From a virus (Duplodnaviria; Caudoviricetes): a stretch of 64,000 nucleotides of DNA. The stretch is from the IMG/VR virus record IMGVR_UViG_3300037963_002171, positions 1,986 to 65,985 of that record. One strand, written 5' to 3'. Of the stretch, positions 45,029 through 54,421 are shown piece after piece. Numbering within the stretch: the first letter of the stretch is position 1; every line of letters begins with the position of its first letter. A model generated the notes under the pieces. The model was not told the DNA's origin. It saw only the letters and a list, made by a program, of their open reading frames with translations, and searched no databases. Both the position numbers and the translations under genes were made by a program.

Positions 45029-46313
45029 TAGAGACTATTTAGAAAAAGTTCTTTTAGGTAAACTAATGAACGATAAAAAATTATATTATGACAATCATTC
45101 TCTTTTAAGTGTTGACATTTTTCAAAACACTAAACACAAAAACCTATACAAAATTCTTGATAAAAGTCTACAAACTATGGGTCAATGTGATATGTCTGAA
45201 TTTTATAAACAATCTACTGACAAATACGAGGCAATAAGTTTGGCTCAGGAATGCAACGATAAAGCATACGACCCATACATTGCAGAAAGATTAATACTAA
45301 TGTTATTAGAGGACAATAAAATGTCAGAACTTCAGAACCTTATGAACTCTGTTAATAAAAAGATAACTGAAGGGGAGGAGTTGTTCACTATCATTGACTT
45401 TGCGGACAGTGCGTTACAAAAAATTGGTAATGTTTCTAACGACAAGCTCACTCATATTAGTGAACAAATGCCCGATATGATTAAAGGTATTGAAGATAAT
45501 ATCCATAATCAAGGTATGACAGGTATTCCTAGTGGATTTGAATCAATTGATAAATTCACAAGTGGTTGGCAAAAACAAGACTTAGTTATCATAGGTGGTG
45601 CTTCCTCTATGGGTAAGACTAGTTTTGCTCTTAATTTAGCTGTAAATGCCTGTAGACACGATGTTAAGTGTGTTATATTCTCTTATGAGATGTCTGTTAA
45701 TCAAATGCTTATGCGTATGGTTAGTGGAGACGCTGGTATAGATAATAAACATATGCTTAAGGGTATTATCTATAAAGATGAGTGGGGTAAGATACACAAT
45801 AGTGTTGCAAGGTTTGAAAAGCTTAATCTATATATAGATGAATGTAGAAATACTTCTTTAAAGTATCTATTAAATAGAATAAGGCAATATGTTATAACTA
45901 AAAAGGTTGATATGGTTGTTGTAGATTACCTTCAGCTTATTAGTTATAATTTAAATGGCCGTAGTCGTGAGCAAGAAGTTTCTCATGTTACAAGAGCTTT
46001 AAAGAACTTAGCTAAAGAATTGAATATAACAGTATTAGCACTTTCTCAATTATCTAGGAATGTAAGTAAACGCGATGGGGGTCGCCCTACACTTGCCGAC
46101 CTTAGAGAATCGGGGGAGATTGAGCAAGCTGCTGATACGGTTATATTTGTTTATAGACCTGAATACTACAATATTAAAGTAGATGAACGAGGCAATAGCG
46201 TTGAAGGATTAGCAGAAATTATATTTGCTAAAGGTAGAAATATTGGTATTGGTAGTAAGCATTTAAGGTTTATAGACTACTTAACTAAGTTTGAAAATTT
46301 ACCAACAATGTGA
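45009..46313 (+). CDS. dnaB: Replicative DnaB-like helicase
   Basis: GIPSGF, GASSMGKTSF, FSYEM, VVDYLQL, LSQLSR, DLRESGEIEQAAD and KGRN motifs. Confidence 0.95.
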   Translation: MEEMKDNRDYLEKVLLGKLMNDKKLYYDNHSLLSVDIFQNTKHKNLYKILDKSLQTMGQCDMSEFYKQSTDKYEAISLAQECNDKAYDPYIAERLILMLLEDNKMSELQNLMNSVNKKITEGEELFTIIDFADSALQKIGNVSNDKLTHISEQMPDMIKGIEDNIHNQGMTGIPSGFESIDKFTSGWQKQDLVIIGGASSMGKTSFALNLAVNACRHDVKCVIFSYEMSVNQMLMRMVSGDAGIDNKHMLKGIIYKDEWGKIHNSVARFEKLNLYIDECRNTSLKYLLNRIRQYVITKKVDMVVVDYLQLISYNLNGRSREQEVSHVTRALKNLAKELNITVLALSQLSRNVSKRDGGRPTLADLRESGEIEQAADTVIFVYRPEYYNIKVDERGNSVEGLAEIIFAKGRNIGIGSKHLRFIDYLTKFENLPTM

Positions 46314-46347
46314 TGTTAATTACTATTAAAAAACTGCTCTTTCTTTT

Positions 46348-46378
46348 TTTGTAAAGTGCGTTTTATTTAGTAGATTTG
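46348..46378 (+). promoter_or_regulatory. Bacteroidota sigma promoter (TTTG-19 nt-TAGATTTG)
   Basis: Both -33 and -7 elements present with canonical spacing. Confidence 0.65.
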
Positions 46379-46385
46379 CACTGTT

Positions 46386-46610
46386 ATGATTAGACTTGAA
46401 CAAGCTGTATCTAAAGTGTCTGAAGACCTAGGTGTTAGTAAGTCACTTGTTAAAAAAGTGTTAAGCTTAACTTTTAAAGAAATCGAATCCAACTTAAAGG
46501 ATGGAGATAATTTTATGTTCAAAGGATATGTTAAGTTTGTTCAGTCTAAGAATAACAAAAAACCGATTAGTAAAACCGAATTATTTAATTTAAAAACAAA
46601 AGATAAATGA
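46386..46610 (+). CDS. HU/IHF-like DNA-binding protein
   Basis: VSEDLGVSKSLVKKVL...L..GDNF.FKGYVKF. Confidence 0.75.
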   Translation: MIRLEQAVSKVSEDLGVSKSLVKKVLSLTFKEIESNLKDGDNFMFKGYVKFVQSKNNKKPISKTELFNLKTKDK

Positions 46611-47242
46611 AACCGAATATTATTATTGCTGGACCATCAGGTTCAGGTAAGTCTAGCTCAATGAGAAACTTACAACCAACAAGAACAGCTGTTTTAAATA
46701 CAGAAAGAAAGCAGCTACCATTCAAAAATGCTAATGAGTTTATGAATGTTCCAATTAAATCTGTATCAGAGTTCCACTCAGCTTTAGACAAGGCTATGTC
46801 AAGTGACAAAATAGATACAATAATCGTAGAATCTTTTACATCTCTTATAGAAATTATATTCAGAGAAGCCGACATAAGATACAAAGGCTTTGATGTGTGG
46901 AGTTACTATAATAAAGAAATAGATAAGATTTTAGATAAGTCTAAAAACTCTGATAAGTATGTTGTATTTACTGCTATTGATGGCGTGTATGATGGCGACA
47001 ATGGTGTTGAAGAACGCTATGTTGCAGTAGATGGTAACAGATGGAAGAAAAGAGTTGAGAAAGAATTTGTATTAGCTTTATTTACAGATGTGAGAGCAAC
47101 TGACGAAGGAGTTACATATAGATTTAGAACAAATACTACTGGTAGAGATTCTGCAAAGAGTCCTATGGGTATGTTTGATAGTTTACATATTAACAACTGT
47201 ATTAAAACAGTTATTGATAAATGTGAAGAGTATTATAAATAA
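46607..47242 (+). CDS. AAA ATPase, Sak4-like recombination protein
   Basis: GPSGSGKSSS, NTERKQLPF, IVESFT and AKSPMGMF motifs. Confidence 0.8.
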   Translation: MKPNIIIAGPSGSGKSSSMRNLQPTRTAVLNTERKQLPFKNANEFMNVPIKSVSEFHSALDKAMSSDKIDTIIVESFTSLIEIIFREADIRYKGFDVWSYYNKEIDKILDKSKNSDKYVVFTAIDGVYDGDNGVEERYVAVDGNRWKKRVEKEFVLALFTDVRATDEGVTYRFRTNTTGRDSAKSPMGMFDSLHINNCIKTVIDKCEEYYK

Positions 47243-47268
47243 AATTGTTAATTTAAAAAAACCGAATT

Positions 47269-47823
47269 ATGTTTCCAAAATTAGAAGAAACCGATGTAAC
47301 ATCGAATAACAACACGCAGTCAAGCTATTTAAAAGCAGGAGCTCATACTGTAAAGATTAAAAGTTTTAAAACTAGTGATGAAAATCCAGGGTATCAAGGT
47401 ACCCCATACTTTGAGTTCATTGTAGAAAATGAATTTGGAGCTGCATTTTTAAAGTTTAACGGCATTGATTCACATACAAGTGAAGCAGCAGCCAAAGTTA
47501 GAACTAGTATATTTAAAAGCTTTTTAGTTTCAGCAGGAGCAACGACATATACAGACCCACAAATGGCCGCTAATAGCGTGCTAGGTAAAAGCTTGGAGGT
47601 TTGTTTAGCGTCAAGGGAATATTGGACTACAGACAAAGACACCAATAAGCCAGTAATAAAGTCAAGAATAGAGTATAAATTTGCAAATCCTTTTGGACAA
47701 AAGATTACTTTCAAAGAAAGTTTTAACAAAACTTTGTCTCCAGAGGATAGAGCAGCTTATGAAGCGGCATTGAGATTAGAATCAACTACAGTGTCTAATT
47801 CAGAAGTACAAACACCATTTTAA
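47269..47823 (+). CDS. Putative single-stranded DNA-binding protein
   Basis: YLKAGAHTVKI start, C-terminal PF, and position after the Sak4-like gene. Confidence 0.6.
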   Translation: MFPKLEETDVTSNNNTQSSYLKAGAHTVKIKSFKTSDENPGYQGTPYFEFIVENEFGAAFLKFNGIDSHTSEAAAKVRTSIFKSFLVSAGATTYTDPQMAANSVLGKSLEVCLASREYWTTDKDTNKPVIKSRIEYKFANPFGQKITFKESFNKTLSPEDRAAYEAALRLESTTVSNSEVQTPF

Positions 47824-47825
47824 TT

Positions 47826-47996
47826 ATGAGATTAATAAATCATTTTGGTTCAAACCTTAGACAGAAAGATAAGTTTAGATTAGAAGCTAGAATATTAGGC
47901 ATAACTTTATTTGAGTTAAAGTTTGATATATCTAGAAGATGTTTTAAATTAGTTATCCTAAATGTAGGGTTTGGAACAGAGAATTGCATGTGCTAA
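47826..47996 (+). CDS. Hypothetical protein (56 aa, MRLINHFG...)
   Basis: Hand-translated; TAATG coupling to the next gene. Confidence 0.55.
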   Translation: MRLINHFGSNLRQKDKFRLEARILGITLFELKFDISRRCFKLVILNVGFGTENCMC

Positions 47997-48400
47997 TGAT
48001 ATACAAGCATAAAGCATTTGTAAAAAACGGAAAGGTAACTTTCCAAAACAGAGAACAGTTTGACAACGACGTGTCTGGTAATGAGGGTAAGAATGTATAC
48101 ATTACTATTCGGGAGCAAAAGAACAGGCGTAGCCTGAACCTTAACTCTTATTATTGGGCAGTCGTTGTTAAACTGGTTTCAGTTGAAACAGGATATGACA
48201 AAGAAGAAGCACATGAGATATTAAAATCAATGTTTCTTCGTACTAAATATCAAATAAAAGGAATTTGGGTAGACGGAATGAAATCAACTACTAAGTTGAG
48301 CAACCAAGAAATGATAGATTATATTGATGAAGTGAAACGGTTTGCATCATCGTCCTTAGGACTATACATACCAGACCCCAATGAAGTAGAGTATGAATGA
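47996..48400 (+). CDS. NinB/Orf-like recombination protein
   Basis: RRSLNLNSYYWAVV, HEILK, STTKLS.QEM..YI and IPDP motifs. Confidence 0.75.
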   Translation: MIYKHKAFVKNGKVTFQNREQFDNDVSGNEGKNVYITIREQKNRRSLNLNSYYWAVVVKLVSVETGYDKEEAHEILKSMFLRTKYQIKGIWVDGMKSTTKLSNQEMIDYIDEVKRFASSSLGLYIPDPNEVEYE

Positions 48401-48881
48401 TTTAGAAATATTTATTAACGGCAACGTACCTTCAAGTAAGAATGGAAAGAGATGGACAGGCAAGTACCTGATTCATAGTAAAACTACAATGCGTTATATA
48501 AAAGAATCTAAAGGCGAATATTTAGAACACACATATCCTTTTAAAGAATTTATAAAAAGGTTTAATACCCCTTATGTAATTCATTTTAAATTTTATAGGA
48601 AGTCTAGGAGGAAATTTGATTACGTTAACCCATTACAAACCGTGCAGGATTTAATGGTTAAGTATGATTGGTTGGAAGATGATAGCTCTGACCACCTCCT
48701 ACCTATATTTGATACATATGAATACAACAAGGATAAACCTGGAGTATTAATAACAATAAAAGGAAAGGAAAATGACAAAAAGAAGAAAAGGGGGAACCCA
48801 CTACACAAGACTGTTAGATTATCTAAAAGAAAACAAAACAATAACAAGTCTTCAAGCAATAAGAGACCTAGGAAACACTAG
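48393..48881 (+). CDS. RusA-like Holliday junction resolvase
   Basis: VPSSKN, RRKFDYVN...QDLM...LEDD and KPGVLI motifs. Confidence 0.7.
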   Translation: MNDLEIFINGNVPSSKNGKRWTGKYLIHSKTTMRYIKESKGEYLEHTYPFKEFIKRFNTPYVIHFKFYRKSRRKFDYVNPLQTVQDLMVKYDWLEDDSSDHLLPIFDTYEYNKDKPGVLITIKGKENDKKKKRGNPLHKTVRLSKRKQNNNKSSSNKRPRKH

Positions 48882-49116
48882 GCTATCAGCAACTATATTT
48901 GAATTAAGAAAAGATGGATACAATATATCTAGTGACGATATACCTGTATCTAATAGATGGGGAGGTAAAACTATGGTAGCTGAATATAAATTAAAAACAC
49001 ACACATCTGTTCCTACACAACAAGAAGATGGAACAACAAAGTGGGTAGATTACTATAGCTCAGACGAAGTAAACAGTGGTATTAAAGGAGTGTTAAATAA
49101 AATTTTAGGTAAATAG
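48772..49116 (+). CDS. Helix-turn-helix DNA-binding protein
   Basis: LDYLK...ITSLQAIRDLGNTRLSATIFELRKDGYNI. Confidence 0.75.
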   Translation: MTKRRKGGTHYTRLLDYLKENKTITSLQAIRDLGNTRLSATIFELRKDGYNISSDDIPVSNRWGGKTMVAEYKLKTHTSVPTQQEDGTTKWVDYYSSDEVNSGIKGVLNKILGK

Positions 49117-49118
49117 TT

Positions 49119-49934
49119 ATGGCAAAGAAAAAAATAAAAATTACACCTATTGTAGACAATGAGGTTACAGACTTAAATTATTATGATGACCACATGTATA
49201 TAACAAACTCTAAACTTAAATTATATTTAGAAAATCCGCCTAGAAAGTTTCAACACTTGATAGATTGTCCACCAAAACCTTCAGCAGCAATGAAGTTTGG
49301 AACGGCATTTCATATGTTGGTATTAGAGGATAAAGAGTTTAGTAAGCATTATGCAGTAGAGCCTGACAGTATAGACAAAAGAACTACCTTGGGTAAAGCA
49401 ACTTTATTAAAATTTAACGAAAGTTTAAATGGAAGAGAAGCTGTACCCTATAAAGATTTTTCATTAATGCAGAGTATGAATGCTAATTTAAAAGTAAGCA
49501 AAAATTATTCTTTATTAGAAAATTGTAATCAGTTTGAAAAAATATATTTATGGAAAAATGAAACCTTAGATATATTGTGTAAAGGAAAGTTAGACGCTGT
49601 CAATACTAGAGATAAGTATATAGTTGATTTAAAAACAACAAGAGACGCAAGTCCAAAAGCTTTTAAAGAAACTATTATTAATCAAAAATATCATATGCAA
49701 GCAGCGTTTTATTGTGACGCATTAGGTTATAAAGATTATTATATATATGCAATAGAAAAATCAAAACCTCATTGCATATGTGTATATAAAATATCTGAAG
49801 ACTTAATAAAGATGGGTAGAGATATGTATATAGCGTTGATTAAACACTACAAAAAATACGTGGAAGGTGGAGAAGTTCCTACAGATTATTTTGATAACAA
49901 AATATTTGAACTTGGAAAAGATGATGTGATATGA
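49119..49934 (+). CDS. PD-(D/E)XK exonuclease, RecE/ExoVIII-like
   Basis: FGTAFH, CKGKLD, VDLKTT and YHMQAAFY motifs. Confidence 0.85.
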   Translation: MAKKKIKITPIVDNEVTDLNYYDDHMYITNSKLKLYLENPPRKFQHLIDCPPKPSAAMKFGTAFHMLVLEDKEFSKHYAVEPDSIDKRTTLGKATLLKFNESLNGREAVPYKDFSLMQSMNANLKVSKNYSLLENCNQFEKIYLWKNETLDILCKGKLDAVNTRDKYIVDLKTTRDASPKAFKETIINQKYHMQAAFYCDALGYKDYYIYAIEKSKPHCICVYKISEDLIKMGRDMYIALIKHYKKYVEGGEVPTDYFDNKIFELGKDDVI

Positions 49935-50014
49935 ATGACAAACAAGATTTTTTTATAATTTTTATGTTAGTGTGTTGGTTAGTTTTAATGCTAATGGCTT
50001 TTGCCGTAAAATAA
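49931..50014 (+). CDS. Hydrophobic micropeptide (27 aa)
   Basis: MNDKQDFFIIFMLVCWLVLMLMAFAVK; ATGA coupling. Confidence 0.4.
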   Translation: MNDKQDFFIIFMLVCWLVLMLMAFAVK

Positions 50015-50020
50015 TTTAGT

Positions 50021-50377
50021 ATGGAAATAGTTTTTGTATATGGAACCCTTAGGCAGGGTTATAGTAATCATAGATTAATTATGAATTCTAAAATTATTGA
50101 CATAGGAAGGACGGTAAACAACTATGCAATGTACGCAAATGGAATTCCCTATGTGTCTGAAAATGAGGAAGTTTCACAGATATATGGGGAATTATATTTG
50201 GTCAGCCCAAAAATTCTTCTTACCTTAGATATGTTGGAAGGACATCCATCGTGGTATAAAAGGAAGAAGGTTCCTATTGAAACTATAAATGGTAAAATAT
50301 ATAATGCGTGGTTGTATTTCAATGAAACTAAAACAGAAAATTTAATTACCTCTGGTGATTATACAGATAATAGATAG
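50021..50377 (+). CDS. Gamma-glutamylcyclotransferase (AIG2-like)
   Basis: VFVYGTLRQG, GELY and LDMLEG.P..YKR motifs. Confidence 0.9.
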   Translation: MEIVFVYGTLRQGYSNHRLIMNSKIIDIGRTVNNYAMYANGIPYVSENEEVSQIYGELYLVSPKILLTLDMLEGHPSWYKRKKVPIETINGKIYNAWLYFNETKTENLITSGDYTDNR

Positions 50378-50623
50378 TTGAAAAAACATACAAAAATATA
50401 TCTAAACCATTTTGGTTATGGTATAGAAGATTTTATACCATGCACGGTATGTAATTCCCAGGCCGTTGACATCCATCATATTGATGCAAGAAAAATGGGC
50501 GGCAGCAATTCTAAAGATTTTATTGAAAACCTTGCAGCATTGTGCAGATTGTGTCACGATAAAGCTGAATCCAACAAAAAATTTAATCAACAAGTAAAAC
50601 AAAAACATCTTAAATTATTATAA
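50378..50623 (+). CDS. Small HNH endonuclease-like protein
   Basis: CTVC...DIHHI...ENLAALCRLCH. Confidence 0.75.
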   Translation: MKKHTKIYLNHFGYGIEDFIPCTVCNSQAVDIHHIDARKMGGSNSKDFIENLAALCRLCHDKAESNKKFNQQVKQKHLKLL

Positions 50624-50624
50624 T

Positions 50625-50876
50625 ATGGTAGTAAAAATAAGTCCAGAAATTTTAGCAATGAGATTAACTCATAATAAAATAGAAAAAAAATATAAAGCCT
50701 TAGGCTGGTCGCCCTGGGAAGAAGTGTATGAAAATTATGTAGGAAGAAAATTAACCAAAGAAGCACAGGTTGATTATGAAAAACACTATGAATATTTTTT
50801 TAATCAAATAGTAAGTTTAGCCTCTTCCGTTGAAGAAGAGGAAGTTATTAAATTAAATAATAAAACAAATGAATAA
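50625..50876 (+). CDS. Hypothetical protein
   Basis: ORF within a tightly packed operon. Confidence 0.6.
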   Translation: MVVKISPEILAMRLTHNKIEKKYKALGWSPWEEVYENYVGRKLTKEAQVDYEKHYEYFFNQIVSLASSVEEEEVIKLNNKTNE

Positions 50877-51360
50877 AACAGAAATTAGTCCATACTTAGA
50901 AAACAACACTGCTGTTGTTAGAGAGGACATAGATAAAGTTATTAATTTAGCTTGTAAACTTGGAGACATAACAAGAGAGGAACTAGAGAGCAGTTCTAGA
51001 AAAAGACTAATAGGAGATGTAAGAATGTGTGTAGGTAATTTATTAAGAAGAGTGTTTGGTATAACACTAGATGAAGCAGGTGTTTATTTAAATAGAGACC
51101 ACGCATCAATAATACACTATGAAAAACAACATGGGTATTTAATGACACTTAATTATTATAAGAAAATTTACAACGCTTGTGTTGAATTGGCTTGCGACAA
51201 GACATTTAATTCAGAACAAGTTTTGGAAACTCACTATGAATCTCTTAATAAATTAAAAAAAGAAAACTCTATTTTAACAAGAAGAGTTAAAGAGTTATCA
51301 AAAGAATTAAAACAATATACCGCAATAAAAGAAAATATTCTTAAATTGCAGTCTATTTAG
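50869..51360 (+). CDS. DnaA C-terminal (domain IV) HTH protein with coiled coil
   Basis: SSRKR.I...R......LR...G.TL...G..LNRDHASIIH. Confidence 0.75.
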   Translation: MNKTEISPYLENNTAVVREDIDKVINLACKLGDITREELESSSRKRLIGDVRMCVGNLLRRVFGITLDEAGVYLNRDHASIIHYEKQHGYLMTLNYYKKIYNACVELACDKTFNSEQVLETHYESLNKLKKENSILTRRVKELSKELKQYTAIKENILKLQSI

Positions 51361-51393
51361 AACATCTTTTTGATGTTTTCCATATCTGTTTTG

Positions 51394-51422
51394 AAAGGGG
51401 GCTTAATTGCCTCCTTTTTTTT
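51394..51422 (+). terminator. Terminator at the early/late convergence point (possibly bidirectional)
   Basis: AAAGGGGGC-TTAATT-GCCTCCTTT followed by a T-run. Confidence 0.75.
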
Positions 51423-52704
51423 ATACAGGAACGTTATAGAATAGTTCGGCTTGAAGACCATTGTGTTTAGACCATATGAATCCGTGTGCTCTTTTAACAT
51501 TACCAATGTATCCTTTATCATCGTGCCATTGGTCAGTAGCCGCCATACTTCCAAGATTTCTAACAGTAATACCAGAAAGTTCATTAGTGGCTCCAATTTT
51601 TTTGTGATGTACGCCGTGCAAGTGCCCCCTATGCAACTCAACATAACGCACATCACTCCATATATCTCTAAACCTTTGTGGTAATATTTGAACAGCTTTA
51701 TCAGCTTTCATCTTATGTCCGTGGTCAAAGGCTATTAGATTATTTCCGTATTTAAAACCTTTCATAAGCGGTCTAGTGTTATCTATCACCACATTCTCGT
51801 TATGCTCGTAGAACAGCTCTAATGCGTCCCCTAGATACATTATACACTCTTCATCATGATTTCCAGGCATAACTACCACGTGAACAGGACATATACTAGA
51901 TAGTTCATCAATTACCATAGTAATTAATTTTCTACCTCGTTTATACATTTCAATATGATGGTCACTATTAAATTGAGGAGTGCCTTTAGTAGTCCTTGGA
52001 ATAGGCTTATCACCATCAGTATTTAAGAAATCATTACCCACTACAAATAGTATTTGGTCAATAGTAAAACCAGATGCTCTCTTCAATAAATGCTCAATCG
52101 CCGCAATCAATCTTTCTTGAGCAATATCCATAGAATATTCATCACCTATTATACCTATCTTTCCAAGATGTAGGTCGTAAGCTCCAATCTCTAGGCAATG
52201 CGCGGTAGTGTCTTGACCATTCAATTTAGTTTTTACTTTAGGCTTATATGTAGCCATCTCCTTTAAGTCTTCTATTAAATTTTGCCTTGTTATCTCAAGG
52301 TTCTTAAAGGGATTGGCTCTCTTAAGTTTAGCCTTGCAACGATACATCGTTGTAGTAACAGGCTTTCTATCATTGTCAAAACCTGTTTGCTCATAAGTTC
52401 CTATATCATACCAATCAACTTCCCATTCACTATCATCTACACTAAATGCCTCTAACAAGTCATCTAATGATTGTATTCTAGTTGAGTCTTCAGATACTAT
52501 AAATTTACCTTCAGGACCCTCTTCCATGTGTAATCGTTCTTTTTTAGCAGTTCTATTATTTGTGTGACTACCTCGTATTTGTCTAGCAAGACTTCTAACT
52601 TGCTCATAATTTGTACCAAACATTTTAGCAGTATCTGCATATTTTGAATTTAGTCTATCGGGATTATCCAATAGAAATTTTTTCATTTCATCTACTTTTT
52701 TCAT
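51421..52704 (-). CDS. Calcineurin-like metallophosphoesterase with N-terminal HTH-like region
   Basis: DLHLG, GND, GNHD, HGH and GHLH motifs. Confidence 0.85.
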   Translation of the reverse strand: MKKVDEMKKFLLDNPDRLNSKYADTAKMFGTNYEQVRSLARQIRGSHTNNRTAKKERLHMEEGPEGKFIVSEDSTRIQSLDDLLEAFSVDDSEWEVDWYDIGTYEQTGFDNDRKPVTTTMYRCKAKLKRANPFKNLEITRQNLIEDLKEMATYKPKVKTKLNGQDTTAHCLEIGAYDLHLGKIGIIGDEYSMDIAQERLIAAIEHLLKRASGFTIDQILFVVGNDFLNTDGDKPIPRTTKGTPQFNSDHHIEMYKRGRKLITMVIDELSSICPVHVVVMPGNHDEECIMYLGDALELFYEHNENVVIDNTRPLMKGFKYGNNLIAFDHGHKMKADKAVQILPQRFRDIWSDVRYVELHRGHLHGVHHKKIGATNELSGITVRNLGSMAATDQWHDDKGYIGNVKRAHGFIWSKHNGLQAELFYNVPV

Positions 52705-53105
52705 ATTGTTATTCTATATAGTATATTTTTTTTAGGAACACCAAGTTCTTCTACTATATTCTGAATATCAAACCCCATTTCCATATTTGAAAAGTTATTT
52801 GCATCAGAAATATATATACTAGGCTTTTTTAGAATGTGGTATTTTATATATGTTTCCATAGAATCCACTTGAAGATAAGTTCTATTATCTCTTTCTGAAT
52901 CTTTTACAGTTTTAATATAAGCTAGTTTTGTGAAATGTTTTTTACAAATCTCTTCGTCATTAGATTTGTTATTTACAGTGGTCAGTGTTCCGTCTGGATT
53001 AATTATATCCCATTTTCCTGGCAAAGATTTGATTTTTTCACCCACCTCCAGCTTGTTCTTAGTTGCTTGTATTGAGGCTACTATGAGAAATTCCATATTT
53101 AACAT
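52701..53105 (-). CDS. Hypothetical protein
   Basis: ORF coupled to the phosphoesterase gene. Confidence 0.6.
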   Translation of the reverse strand: MLNMEFLIVASIQATKNKLEVGEKIKSLPGKWDIINPDGTLTTVNNKSNDEEICKKHFTKLAYIKTVKDSERDNRTYLQVDSMETYIKYHILKKPSIYISDANNFSNMEMGFDIQNIVEELGVPKKNILYRITI

Positions 53106-53178
53106 GCCTAAATTTCAGTATTTTTTTATAAAAATCATAAGAAAATTAGGTATTTTATTAACAAACAGGTGTTGAAAT

Positions 53179-53457
53179 CTACTTTTTACCCCTATTTCTT
53201 GCTCTATTTCGCCTTTGAAGCTCTAAAACCAATGAACCTGTTTGAGTGTGAGAAGCATCTTTACCATCACCCTTTTTACTGTTAGGGTTATTTTTATTAA
53301 ACTTATTAAGAGATGCGCGGTACTTTTTTCTGCCTGTAGAACTATGATACTTTGTATCATACTTTTTCTTTTTAGTTCTAGCTTTTGGATTAGAAGCATA
53401 ATACTTTGCAGTTTTAGATTTACCTGTACGTTTACCTGCTAATGAATTTCTTGCCAT
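53179..53457 (-). CDS. Small basic protein
   Basis: K/R-rich; GDGKDASH...NRARN (degenerate HNH-like). Confidence 0.65.
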   Translation of the reverse strand: MARNSLAGKRTGKSKTAKYYASNPKARTKKKKYDTKYHSSTGRKKYRASLNKFNKNNPNSKKGDGKDASHTQTGSLVLELQRRNRARNRGKK

Positions 53458-53458
53458 T

Positions 53459-53725
53459 TTAATCGTATTGAATTATACCTCCATGTTCTTTTTTTCTTTT
53501 CTTGTATCTACTAACTCTACCTTTTCTTTTCTTTTCTTTTTTTGCAGCAGCTTTTTCAGCTGGAGTTAGTTGCGACCAAGTTGTTGGAGTTTTTTTAGAA
53601 ACACGTTTTGTTGGACGAAAAGTGCTTTCTCCTCCACTATAATCTTTTTTGCCAGAAGGAGTTCTCCAATCTTCTTTAAACCATCGTTTAAGAGCCAAAC
53701 CTTTTTTTGTTTTACGTACAGCCAT
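53459..53725 (-). CDS. Small basic protein ending HGGIIQYD
   Basis: Start MAVRKTKK (TAATG coupling); LKRWFKEDW...FRPTKRVSKKTP. Confidence 0.7.
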   Translation of the reverse strand: MAVRKTKKGLALKRWFKEDWRTPSGKKDYSGGESTFRPTKRVSKKTPTTWSQLTPAEKAAAKKEKKRKGRVSRYKKRKKEHGGIIQYD

Positions 53726-53913
53726 TAGTCTTTCTGATACTTCATTAAACAACAAATTTTACCACCATGTGCCATCTTTTTCTTTTTACCACCAGTTCCC
53801 CAATTTTTAGCACCAACTTTACGGCATTTAGCTAATGCACCACTTGCATAAGCAGAAGGCCAAACTTTATATCTAGCTTTTACTTTATGATAACATGCAT
53901 CTTTCTTTGCCAT
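53725..53913 (-). CDS. Small basic protein
   Basis: DACYHKVKARYKVWPSAYASGALAKCRK; MAHGGKI. Confidence 0.7.
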   Translation of the reverse strand: MAKKDACYHKVKARYKVWPSAYASGALAKCRKVGAKNWGTGGKKKKMAHGGKICCLMKYQKD

Positions 53914-54086
53914 TATTTTTTCTTTTTAGTTGCCGTTCTATGTACTTTTTGTATATCAAAACTAGCTGTTAAACTTCCTCCAGGATGAGCTTTAAATTTA
54001 CCTTTATGCTTCATTAACTTATAATTGTTGTTTCCTTTTTTCATCCAGTGAAATCCAGCTGGAGCTTTTACTGTTTTTTTTACCAT
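53913..54086 (-). CDS. Small basic protein (57 aa, MVKKTVKAPAGFHWMKKG...)
   Basis: Hand-translated; TAATG coupling. Confidence 0.65.
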   Translation of the reverse strand: MVKKTVKAPAGFHWMKKGNNNYKLMKHKGKFKAHPGGSLTASFDIQKVHRTATKKKK

Positions 54087-54088
54087 AA

Positions 54089-54418
54089 TTAATCATATTG
54101 TTCTCCTGCCATTCTCATAGGAACTCTGCAACCTGTGTTACAATTCCATTTACGGAGAGATTTATTTATTCTTGAATTTGGGTCTCTTGCCGTTTTAGCA
54201 CTAGTTAATCTTTTTTTCATACCTTTCATTCTAGCACAAAAAGATTTTCTACGTTTTGCAGCCTTACTTCCTTTCTTTAATTTAGAAGGTTTTGTAGTAA
54301 CAGCAGTTTTAAGTTTAGAACCAGGATTTGCTCTTCTATAAGAAGCAACTCCTTTTTTGTTCAAACCTCCACTGGGATTCTTTCCTTCTTTTCTTTGCCA
54401 TGCTGGTGTTTTAGCCAT
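54089..54418 (-). CDS. Small basic protein ending GEQYD
   Basis: AWQRKEGKNPSGGLN...RRKSFCARM. Confidence 0.7.
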   Translation of the reverse strand: MAKTPAWQRKEGKNPSGGLNKKGVASYRRANPGSKLKTAVTTKPSKLKKGSKAAKRRKSFCARMKGMKKRLTSAKTARDPNSRINKSLRKWNCNTGCRVPMRMAGEQYD

Positions 54419-54421
54419 AAT

